64,000 nt of DNA from an uncultured Acidobacteriota bacterium (GTDB taxonomy: Bacteria; Acidobacteriota; UBA6911). The translations under genes and the position numbers were made by a program. Below the pieces are notes generated by a model. It was not told the origin of the DNA and made no database searches. It was given only the letters and a program-made list of their open reading frames with translations. Below, piece by piece: positions 1 to 8,246 of this stretch. How positions within the stretch are numbered: the first letter of the stretch is position 1; every line of letters begins with the position of its first letter. The DNA lies in NCBI GenBank assembly GCA_963827655.1, contig CAWHCF010000004.1, forward strand, positions 1 to 64,000. The letters are read 5' to 3'.

Positions 1-409
1 TGGTTCCTTTCGTCAACAACACGCGCGTACTCGTCCTCGACTGATTTAGCCGATACATTCTTTTAGACCAATAACCAATAGGAAATTTGTTTCAGCGGGC
101 CGATTAGAAGATAGAGCGGGGTGGGTCGGATTTCAACCGAGAATTCGACGGGTGACATGGGGATGCAGGGAAACGAGGGGCGTTGGGTGCGGTTGCTGGA
201 TAGATTACATGAGCGCGCCGGAGGAAAGTTGGTGAAGCGCAACGAGCCGTGATCAGGTTTATGCTTGTGGGAATGGCATAGGCATCCACCTCTTTGCGGA
301 ATTCGGGACTGTTGACGTAACAGAAATCGAATTGTCGGTCCTGGTAGCGGGAGAGGATACGAAGAAGCTTGTCCGATTGATTTCTTAGCGCCGCCGGCGG
401 TGAACTTCA

Positions 410-2404
410 CTACCGACTCCTGGGTGGCGCGCCCCCGTTGAACCTCATCGAGGCGCCTGGTTCGAATAACGCGAAGACGTACAGGGTGCCCCCAGACCGG
501 TAGCTCTTCATCCACGGTGCCCCTGCCCCGGTATATCCTCCCACCGCCCCTCCCATGCCGGCGGGAATTGCGATGTACTGCTTGCCGTCTAACCGATAGG
601 TGATCGGCGCGGACCGGATACCGGATCCCGTTTGGTAGGACCAGAGAATCTGGCCATTTTCCGCGTCGTAGGCGGCGAAGTTGCCTTCGGCATCGCCGGT
701 GAAGATCAGCCCGCCGCCAGTGGCCAGCATGCCGCCACCCATGGGGGTGCGCGTTTTGACCTCCCAGACGACCTCGCCGGTATTCGGTTGGATGGCCATG
801 ACCTTGCCATAGGCTTCATTCGGCAGATAGCGAAAGCCGCTCGGCCCGGCGGGCAACTTCTGGCTCCGCGCTTTGACGCCGTAATTGTAGAACTTGGCGC
901 AGTTCTCGATTACCGGCAAGTACACCAGGCGTGTAATCGGGCTATAGGACATCGGCATCCATTCTTTGCCCCCCGCTGCCCCCGGACACACCGTGACGCC
1001 CTCGTACGTCGGGATGGCCGCAGGATCGATGATCGGCCTTCCGTTGGAGTCGAAACCCTTTGTCCACGTAACCCGCACGAACGGCTTGGCGTAAAGGAAC
1101 TTTCCGTTGGTCCGGTCCAGCGCGTAGAAATGACCGTTGCGGTCGGCATGAACCAATGCTTTCACGCGCCGCCCCTGCCACTCGATGTCGATGAGCACCA
1201 GCTCGTTGACGCCGTCCCAGTCCCAGACGTCATGCGGCGTATACTGATAGTGCCACTTGAGGCTGCCCGTGTCGGCGTCGAGCGCGACGACCGAATCCGA
1301 GTACAGGTTGTCCCCCTTGCGGGCATCGGTATCGTAATCGGGATAGGGATTGCCGGTGCCCCAGTAGATCAGATCCAGCTCCGGGTCGTACGATCCGCCC
1401 ATCCAGGTCGCCGCGCCCCCGGTCTCGTAGGATTTACCGCTCCAGGTCTCCGCCCCTTTCTCCCCCTCCCCGGGGATGGTATAGAAGCGCCAGAGCCGTT
1501 TTCCCGTCTCTGCGTGGTAGGCGTCGATGAAACCACGGCTAGGCGAATCTCCGCCGGCGATGCCGACGACGACCTTATCGCGGACAATAAGCGGAGGTTG
1601 CTTGGCGTTCTGGTTCTCCTCTACCTTGCCTATCTCGATGTCCCAGCGGACCCGTCCGGTCTGCGCATCAAGGGCCACGAGGTGGGCGTCCAGGGTAGTC
1701 ATGTACACTGTGCCGTTAGCGATCGACACGCCCCGATTCGCCGGCCCGCAGCAATAGTTCAGCTTCTGGGGAAGCCGCCGCTTATGACGCCACAACTCGG
1801 CGCCGGTCCGCGCGTCGATGGCGAACACGTGATTCCACGCTGCAGTCAGGTACATCACGCCGTCGACAAACAGAGGCGTCGCCTCCAGGCCATCCAGGAC
1901 CCCGGTCTGGAAGCTCCACACCGGCACCAGGTTCTTGACGTTGTCCTTGTTGACCTGGGCAAGCGAGCTGAAGCTATGGCTCGCGTAGTTGCCGCCCCAC
2001 ATGAGCCAGTTGTCCGGGTCCCGAACCGAATTCAGCAGGCGTTCCCCGCTCACGTTGAGCTTCGGTGCCTTTATGCTGGTAACCGGCTGCAGGGCCTGGT
2101 TTCCGAGCCACCGCAAGTGTTGCACGACCGCCTGCCGGGCGTCCTGATCGAGCCTGTCGGCGAACGCGGGCATGGCCGCGCCCCGGACACCCTCTCGTAT
2201 GATCCGGTCCAGCTCCGCGTCCGTTATGCTCGTCTGCCAGCCGGGATTCGCAAGATCCGGAGCGGATCCCCCGTCGCCGAGAGCCCCATGGCATACCGCG
2301 CAGTGCTCGGTGAACAACGTCTGGCCGCGTTCCTGCTGCGGCTGCGCCGCAGCCGCGGCCACGAACGCAAAGAAGGGGATGAGAGTTACCGTACGAAGAC
2401 CCAT
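410..2404 (-). CDS. PQQ-dependent dehydrogenase (methanol/ethanol family) with N-terminal cytochrome c domain
   Basis: Signal peptide MGLRTVTLIPFFAFVAAAAA; CAVCH heme motif; vicinal CCGPANRG; WMGGSYDPELDLIYWGTGNP; HDVWDWDGVNE; repeated PQQ propeller W-motifs. Start moved to ATG 2404. Confidence 0.9.
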   Translation of the reverse strand: MGLRTVTLIPFFAFVAAAAAQPQQERGQTLFTEHCAVCHGALGDGGSAPDLANPGWQTSITDAELDRIIREGVRGAAMPAFADRLDQDARQAVVQHLRWLGNQALQPVTSIKAPKLNVSGERLLNSVRDPDNWLMWGGNYASHSFSSLAQVNKDNVKNLVPVWSFQTGVLDGLEATPLFVDGVMYLTAAWNHVFAIDARTGAELWRHKRRLPQKLNYCCGPANRGVSIANGTVYMTTLDAHLVALDAQTGRVRWDIEIGKVEENQNAKQPPLIVRDKVVVGIAGGDSPSRGFIDAYHAETGKRLWRFYTIPGEGEKGAETWSGKSYETGGAATWMGGSYDPELDLIYWGTGNPYPDYDTDARKGDNLYSDSVVALDADTGSLKWHYQYTPHDVWDWDGVNELVLIDIEWQGRRVKALVHADRNGHFYALDRTNGKFLYAKPFVRVTWTKGFDSNGRPIIDPAAIPTYEGVTVCPGAAGGKEWMPMSYSPITRLVYLPVIENCAKFYNYGVKARSQKLPAGPSGFRYLPNEAYGKVMAIQPNTGEVVWEVKTRTPMGGGMLATGGGLIFTGDAEGNFAAYDAENGQILWSYQTGSGIRSAPITYRLDGKQYIAIPAGMGGAVGGYTGAGAPWMKSYRSGGTLYVFALFEPGASMRFNGGAPPRSR

Positions 2405-2950
2405 AGGCGCGCCGTGAATGTCACCGCCGAGATTGATCCTTGACGATACTGAAGAAGCCTTTCCGGGGCAAGAACTCTCGGCGAAAACGACGTGACCTCG
2501 CCCGTCTGTGACTGGTTTCAAAACGTCTTTTGACACGCTGGACTTTCGAGTGGCCGCCCTTCCGGGAAAGAACGCTGTCGTGGACAGTCAATCTCAGACC
2601 TCCATTTGTACCAGGACATATGAAACAGCTCGTGCTCGCAAATCAGAGCCTTTGGTCCCGGGACGTGTCGTATTGGTAAGTGATGGCCTGGATGAGTCCG
2701 ATGAAACTCTCCTTGGAGCCGGGTCTGAGCGACAGTGATCGGACAAGGCGAGCGCCAGAGCGGAGCCAGCGTTATTCGGGCTTTTACGGTCGTGACCCGG
2801 TTGGTGATGAGCTGGCGCCGGGAAGATCGCGGTTGAGCAATCGGCCTGGTAAGAGAGAGAAACCGACCTGTCCTGACCGCCTCACGTTGAGACATTGTTC
2901 CAGCGCGGCTTTTGATCACATGATCAACGGTCTAGCCGGTCCGGGATGCT

Positions 2951-3817
2951 CTAGTCTCCGACCTCCAGGACATAGATTTGCCATGCGATAGGAGGGGTGG
3001 TAACCATCGATTCTACTTTGTTTTGTACCACATCCAGGATCTCTCTCACCTCCTCATCAGGCACACCGGCAAATAAGCTACTTCCCTTCGCCATAACAGG
3101 TATGCGTAAGAAATCGATGTGATCCTTGGGGGTACAATGAACCGCTATGCGCTCTCTTCTAGTTAACTTCAGATTGTAATCGTCTAAAGACTCTAATACG
3201 AAATTCGTTTTCGGCACGAGATCAGATTGTGAATCGCGGGCGCTACGGTCGTACCATTCTGGGCTTGCGTAGCCTCTCAGAGCTTTCTCCTTTAATATCG
3301 TCCCGAACACCGTGTTTTCCTCATAAAGCGCGCGTATCTCGCTGAATCTGAACCGAGGGTGCAGTCCCATGAGGCATTTTCCTGAGCGTTTGAGACTTCG
3401 ATGAATCCTCGATAAAACTTGTGCCTTGTCGAACATCCAGAACGCCGCATTGCACAAGATCCGATCCACTTTCGTCTTTGCAACCTTGCTCAGGTTCTCA
3501 GCTTTCTCGCAATGGAATTCTACGTTTGCCGAGGTTATGCGTCTCTGGGCGCAGGCGAGCATTTGAGGTGAAAAGTCAATCGCTATGATTTTGATAGCTT
3601 TCCCATAGGGTTGCCTGAGAATAGCTTCAGTGACCGATCCAGTTCCACAAGCCAGATCGACCACAACCATGCCTGGTTCGATTCCAGCCAGCTGCAGCAT
3701 CTTTTCTGCTGTGTATCGGTAGAAAGTATTTCGAGAAGCAAAGGCGGCGTATGCCTCGGCGCTCAGGTCCCAGTCTTGCTGCTCGCTTAAATTACGACCG
3801 ATGGGTCGTTTACTCAT
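2951..3817 (-). CDS. Class I SAM-dependent methyltransferase (putative RiPP tailoring enzyme)
   Basis: Motif I VVDLACGTG, IAIDFSPQML, DRILCNAAFW; last gene of the MNIO operon, same AT-rich composition. Confidence 0.85.
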   Translation of the reverse strand: MSKRPIGRNLSEQQDWDLSAEAYAAFASRNTFYRYTAEKMLQLAGIEPGMVVVDLACGTGSVTEAILRQPYGKAIKIIAIDFSPQMLACAQRRITSANVEFHCEKAENLSKVAKTKVDRILCNAAFWMFDKAQVLSRIHRSLKRSGKCLMGLHPRFRFSEIRALYEENTVFGTILKEKALRGYASPEWYDRSARDSQSDLVPKTNFVLESLDDYNLKLTRRERIAVHCTPKDHIDFLRIPVMAKGSSLFAGVPDEEVREILDVVQNKVESMVTTPPIAWQIYVLEVGD

Positions 3818-3984
3818 CTTGATTTCCGTCCCTTAGGAAATGATCGTCCTACTGTGCCAGAGTAGGACGATCATTTACCATTATGTTCAAGGTCTCGAGA
3901 GCTGCCTCTGCAACGTGGATGAAGTCTTAGATGCCGATGCAGCTTGTACCCGAACTTTGCAAGATTGTTCTGGAACTGCTAGCT

Positions 3985-4149
3985 TCAGGCGCAGCCGCAG
4001 CCGCAGCCGCAAGCACAGGCAGAGCCGCAAGAACAAACTTTGCCACAAGAGCAAACGCAGCTGCATAATGGAACCGACAAGGATGCTTGGGCAGCTTTAG
4101 GCTCAAACGGCTCCAATTTGAACAAATCCGTTTGCTTGCTATCAGGCAT
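3985..4149 (-). CDS. Cys-rich RiPP precursor peptide, 54 aa (MPDSKQTDLFKLEPFEPKAAQASLSVPLCSCVCSCGKVCSCGSACACGCGCGCA)
   Basis: Strong SD GAAAGGAGGTGA just upstream of ATG 4149; Cys-free leader followed by an 11-Cys CxC-repeat core; lies between the MNIO partner and the methyltransferase. Confidence 0.85.
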   Translation of the reverse strand: MPDSKQTDLFKLEPFEPKAAQASLSVPLCSCVCSCGKVCSCGSACACGCGCGCA

Positions 4150-4289
4150 AAGTATCACCTCCTTTCTTTCCGGTAGGCCAGAACCACAAACAATCGCCTT
4201 TTCATGAGAACACAACGGATCACACTCAGAGGTCATTTCTGACTAACCACGCTCATAATAATCTGATCACTAATAATCAGTTGGTCTAG

Positions 4290-5183
4290 CTACGCCTGTT
4301 CCTCGTTTTCGCCGATAAAGTTTACTGCTCCCCGGACATACAGTTGCTCGAGCGTCGCCAGGCAGTCAGCCCTTGCCGCGGCTTCGGTGATCCCCAGTTG
4401 AGAAGCTATAGATGAGATAACACCATCGAGGGTATGCTTTCCATCGCAGAGCTCAATCAGGTGTTTTAAAGGCAGATTGATAATGCTGGTATGAACGCCT
4501 GGCGCATGCGGTATCTTGAAGAAGAGAACCCAGGTTGGTTTCACCTCTAATGGTGGAATAGCTTGTTGCTCTTCAACCAGGGGGATTAACTCAGCCATGT
4601 TGTAACTGAATGATTGCAGACGCGCATGCTTACCTAACAAAGGTGTGGAGCTTCTTTGACACTCGTTGGTAAATGTCGATTTCGTCCGGTCTGCCTTCGT
4701 GAACCCTATGGCGTACTGACTTACCTCCGGATCAGTCAGCATCGAGAACTTGAGCACCTCGAATTCCAGGACATCCGTAAAACAGGGCACGTCTATTTCT
4801 TTTGTGGCGATCAGCTGACGAAGGTATTCAGAGACTCTGTGAAATTCGCCACGCACCCAGTCGCCCCCAATCTCATCGGTGCCCCTGACATTTTCTAAAC
4901 CATACCGATTGAGGACGACATGGAACTTCTCAGCCGGAAGCTGTTTGGCCAGAACGAGAAATGAGAGGGGCAGCCACTTCTTTATGAGCGCCAGTCTCTT
5001 ACTCAGCAATGAGCTGGCATATTCGCGAACTGCTTGCAGATCGACCGATTTGATGTCTTCTGACTCCTTTGCTGTCAAAGCAGACAATTCGAGAGCCTTG
5101 TCTGGGTCGCTGGAGAAAGTGTGACGGAATTCATGATCGACGCATAGCTTGGCGATTACAGTTTGCATGGCAATCATTGACAT
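4290..5183 (-). CDS. MNIO partner protein (HvfC/BufC/TglI-like) with C-terminal PqqD/RRE-like winged helix
   Basis: Directly downstream of DUF692; AGGAGG SD before ATG 5183; N-terminal KLCVDHEFRHTFSSDPDKAL helix; FTDVLEFE; C-terminal LIELCDGKHTLDGVI...LEQLYVRGAV. Confidence 0.75.
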   Translation of the reverse strand: MSMIAMQTVIAKLCVDHEFRHTFSSDPDKALELSALTAKESEDIKSVDLQAVREYASSLLSKRLALIKKWLPLSFLVLAKQLPAEKFHVVLNRYGLENVRGTDEIGGDWVRGEFHRVSEYLRQLIATKEIDVPCFTDVLEFEVLKFSMLTDPEVSQYAIGFTKADRTKSTFTNECQRSSTPLLGKHARLQSFSYNMAELIPLVEEQQAIPPLEVKPTWVLFFKIPHAPGVHTSIINLPLKHLIELCDGKHTLDGVISSIASQLGITEAAARADCLATLEQLYVRGAVNFIGENEEQA

Positions 5184-5271
5184 GGACCATTCCTCCTGAA
5201 AACGACGACGATCGCTGGCCACAGCAAAGCAAAACTATTCCTCAGACGTACAGCAGGCGACGAACGGCCAT

Positions 5272-6108
5272 TTACCCGCGGCCGTGATACCGTCTGAATA
5301 TCTCTCGCGCCGTGGCCAGGTCGCCAATCAGCTCTTGAAAGGAGCTGGGGAAATTGTCGTCTCTTTCTAACAAAACCCCCTTGACTGGGGCATGGCTGAC
5401 GACAAACTCCAGCAGGCGGAAAACCTCTGGATGAACTGGATGGCTGTGAGAATCAATCCACTTCGTGTGATGCCGATGCCCGCCAGCGATGTGTAACTGC
5501 ACGACGCGATCCAGCGGGATTGACTTTAAAAAGTGATATGGGTCATATCCGTGGTTGATAGAATTAATGTATACATTGCAGAGATCGAGCAGCATCCCGA
5601 TGTCCGCTTGCTCCAGGACGCGAGTAATGAAGGCCGGCTCTGACAGTTCACTTCCGGGAAATTGAAAGTAGTAGGTGATGTTCTCCAGCAGGAAAGGCCT
5701 CGGGACTTTCTCTTGTATCCGCTTTATCTTGCGGACTACGATCTCTACGGTTTCCTCCGAAAACTGCAGCGGTGTTAGCTGTCCCAGGTTGTACCCCTCA
5801 ACCCTGGTGAAACATAGGTGGTCTGTAAACCACGGGGCGTCCAGTCTTTTAACCAGGGCAGAAAGGCTTTCCAGATACGCGGCCTCAATAGGTCTATCTG
5901 TTCCTATGGAAAGGTCTATACCATGAGGCACGATCGGAAAAGTCGTCGCGAGAGTCGACAGTTGATCTAACTTGTCGGGGGTTACGTTAATATAATGTTC
6001 GGCGATGACTTCGCACCAATCAATATGCTCCCGATTGAGCATGATCTCTTTGGCAATCTCCCGTCGCCAGCCAATGCCGACGCCGAGTGTTGGTATGTCT
6101 GAATACAT
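5272..6108 (-). CDS. DUF692 family multinuclear non-heme iron oxidative enzyme (MNIO; MbnB/TglH/ChrH-like)
   Basis: GVGIGWR, EVIAEHY, HGIDLSIG, WFTDHLCF, LLENI, LLDLCNVYINS, QLHIAGG, IDSHS and LLERD motifs; GGAGG SD. Confidence 0.95.
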   Translation of the reverse strand: MYSDIPTLGVGIGWRREIAKEIMLNREHIDWCEVIAEHYINVTPDKLDQLSTLATTFPIVPHGIDLSIGTDRPIEAAYLESLSALVKRLDAPWFTDHLCFTRVEGYNLGQLTPLQFSEETVEIVVRKIKRIQEKVPRPFLLENITYYFQFPGSELSEPAFITRVLEQADIGMLLDLCNVYINSINHGYDPYHFLKSIPLDRVVQLHIAGGHRHHTKWIDSHSHPVHPEVFRLLEFVVSHAPVKGVLLERDDNFPSSFQELIGDLATAREIFRRYHGRG

Positions 6109-6158
6109 AAGACCCCTCCGGGTGCGAGGCTAAGACATCGTAACTGTGGGAGTTACTT

Positions 6159-8246
6159 TCATACTGGGTCGCGCCTCGTCAGTGTAATGATGCGTTTCGA
6201 GGTAAGGTCCCGAACGAGTTCTGTGATCCGCTCTGTTAGTTCGCTTTCGCTTGGTTCTATGGCGTGGTGGTTGTGGTAAAAGTGCGCTAGCTTTCGGCTG
6301 ATCACCCGGACCGTGTGGGTTCCATCGCAAAGATCAAGGAAATACTTCGTCGCCTGGTTGATTGTGAACTCCAAGTTGATAAAATTCCGTTCTCGCTTGA
6401 ACAAGAGGAAGGTAGGGGTCTGTGGAAGGTCACGTGGTATGTCATGTTGCTGCAAGCGAGTAGCTAAGGTCTGTAAGTCGTAGTTAAATGTCTGGACATG
6501 AACCCCTTTGGATTTGAGAGGTCTAAGGTCCGATAGATCAGCGATAGTATTGTGCTTGCTGATACGCGGTGCCGCGGCAGCGACGGACGCTACGGATCCA
6601 GGCGCCCAGGCGGGCGGGCTAACAAGTTCGGCGTCGCGATCGAGTAGCATCAAGTTATGGGCTTTCTCATACCTGAACGCGTCAATGAAATACTCGTATC
6701 CGCTGCCAAGGTCGCCCAGCATGGGCTCCAGAAACTCGCAAAGCCCCAAAGCGTCTTTGAACTGGCCAGCTGCCGGGGCAGTGCGCTGTCGGCAGTATTC
6801 ATTTACTAGCTGATCCCATTGGCCGTTTAACAAAGCGCTGGTCCATGGCAAGCGCGCTTTCAGCTTCTCTTTTCTGACAGACTCTAGAGGAGCCCCGCCA
6901 TCGGTTGTAGTCGATAGTCGTGTCTGCCGCTTGTCGATCATCTTGATCCACTCCTTCTCGAGGGCATCAAGATATGTTGCGGTTGCCTTGTCGCGGGCGG
7001 CATGGGCATCTTCATCGCCGCTGTATAATTCATGCCCCTGGAGTCCGATGAGCTTTGCTTTGTCTGGGTCGCGAATTACGACGGTTAATTGTCTGGCCAG
7101 GTCCAGGTGTTGTTTAGGATCGTCCACGATAAGCACATTCTGCCCATCGATGAACCTGTCTTTAATTCTGTGCTGCTTATTTGAGATTTCTCTGGAAACG
7201 ATCAGGGGGGTGCCGCAAGCTAAAATCTCACTGGGAATTGTGGGGCTATGAAAACTGATTGGGAACTCTCGCTCGAGGAAACAGACGGCAGTGCACGCAC
7301 GAATGAACCCAGGAACTTTCCAGTGCGGCATAAAGGGAAAGATCCACGTTCTATCCTGTAAATCGAGTTCCTCAATAGCTCGTTTGAAGCTTGTGAGAGC
7401 TCTTCCCTGAGTCAAGGCTAGAAGGTTGAAATCTAATCCTCTTTGCTTTAATAGCCTTAAAGCGTTCAGGAGGTCGAAGGACCCTTTCACTTCACCTACC
7501 TTCCCATAAATACCAATCGAAGGTTTGGACAAATCGATGGGATTTGTGTTGATTAGAGCGGTTTGCACGTGCTTGCTTTGCAAGGTTGCTAACCTTTTTA
7601 GAAATCCATTAAGATCTAAGGGCTTTGCCTGAGGACTAAAAATGTCTGGAACCTGGGGGGTTCTACCTGGCCATATATTCTCTTCTTTTACGCCCATAGC
7701 CAGGAAGGGCTCGGTAAAGGCAGATCCCGTCCATACGGAATCAGCGGCTCTCAGTATCTCGCGATAGGCGGTTGTGAGATCACGCTGCTTCATTAAGCGA
7801 CCTAAATCGCTGCCCGCATGCTTTAGCATGTAGGGGACTCCAGTCCATTGCGAGGCCAGATAGGCGGCCATGCCGTAGGGTTGAAGGTAATAGGCAAAAA
7901 TCACTTCGCAACCGTGTCGCCGGATCACCTCGGTCGCTATGGAAGACAGCTTGGTCACAAAGGGATTGGATAAGGGAATGTGCGTCATGGCGTCGGTAAA
8001 CGGCTGTGTGTTACGGACCCTGACGAAGCCCCCGGAATCCGCGAACTGTGGCTCATACCAATCCTGGTCGTCCTCATCCATGTAAATTCGGTATTCCGGT
8101 TCAACCTCGACGGCATTAGTCACTATAAAAATCTGATGACCTCGTTGCGCCAACTCGCGTGCCAGCCAGTAAGAACGCATGCTCACTCCACCTTCGATAG
8201 GTGGATACTTAACAATGAAACACGCTCTGATCATAAGTCTCTCCAT
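6159..8246 (-). CDS. GT4-type (GT-B) glycosyltransferase fused to a C-terminal MNIO-partner/RRE-like domain
   Basis: N-terminal YPPIEGGVS...ELAQRGHQI, HAGSD, GKVGEVKG, EILACGTPLIVS; last ~240 aa resemble the partner gene 4290-5183; alternative start at ATG 8234 with a GGAG SD. Confidence 0.85.
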   Translation of the reverse strand: MERLMIRACFIVKYPPIEGGVSMRSYWLARELAQRGHQIFIVTNAVEVEPEYRIYMDEDDQDWYEPQFADSGGFVRVRNTQPFTDAMTHIPLSNPFVTKLSSIATEVIRRHGCEVIFAYYLQPYGMAAYLASQWTGVPYMLKHAGSDLGRLMKQRDLTTAYREILRAADSVWTGSAFTEPFLAMGVKEENIWPGRTPQVPDIFSPQAKPLDLNGFLKRLATLQSKHVQTALINTNPIDLSKPSIGIYGKVGEVKGSFDLLNALRLLKQRGLDFNLLALTQGRALTSFKRAIEELDLQDRTWIFPFMPHWKVPGFIRACTAVCFLEREFPISFHSPTIPSEILACGTPLIVSREISNKQHRIKDRFIDGQNVLIVDDPKQHLDLARQLTVVIRDPDKAKLIGLQGHELYSGDEDAHAARDKATATYLDALEKEWIKMIDKRQTRLSTTTDGGAPLESVRKEKLKARLPWTSALLNGQWDQLVNEYCRQRTAPAAGQFKDALGLCEFLEPMLGDLGSGYEYFIDAFRYEKAHNLMLLDRDAELVSPPAWAPGSVASVAAAAPRISKHNTIADLSDLRPLKSKGVHVQTFNYDLQTLATRLQQHDIPRDLPQTPTFLLFKRERNFINLEFTINQATKYFLDLCDGTHTVRVISRKLAHFYHNHHAIEPSESELTERITELVRDLTSKRIITLTRRDPV

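Noticed and set aside
632-2443. 603-aa plus-strand ORF and similar long antisense ORFs (58643-60355, 62728-63924, 31089-32081, 18530-19492)
   Set aside because: Shadow ORFs opposite well-supported high-GC genes; no recognisable motifs
4150-4236. Longer 83-aa version of the precursor starting at ATG 4236 (adds three Cys)
   Set aside because: No SD at 4236, whereas ATG 4149 has a near-perfect one; the extension is probably untranslated
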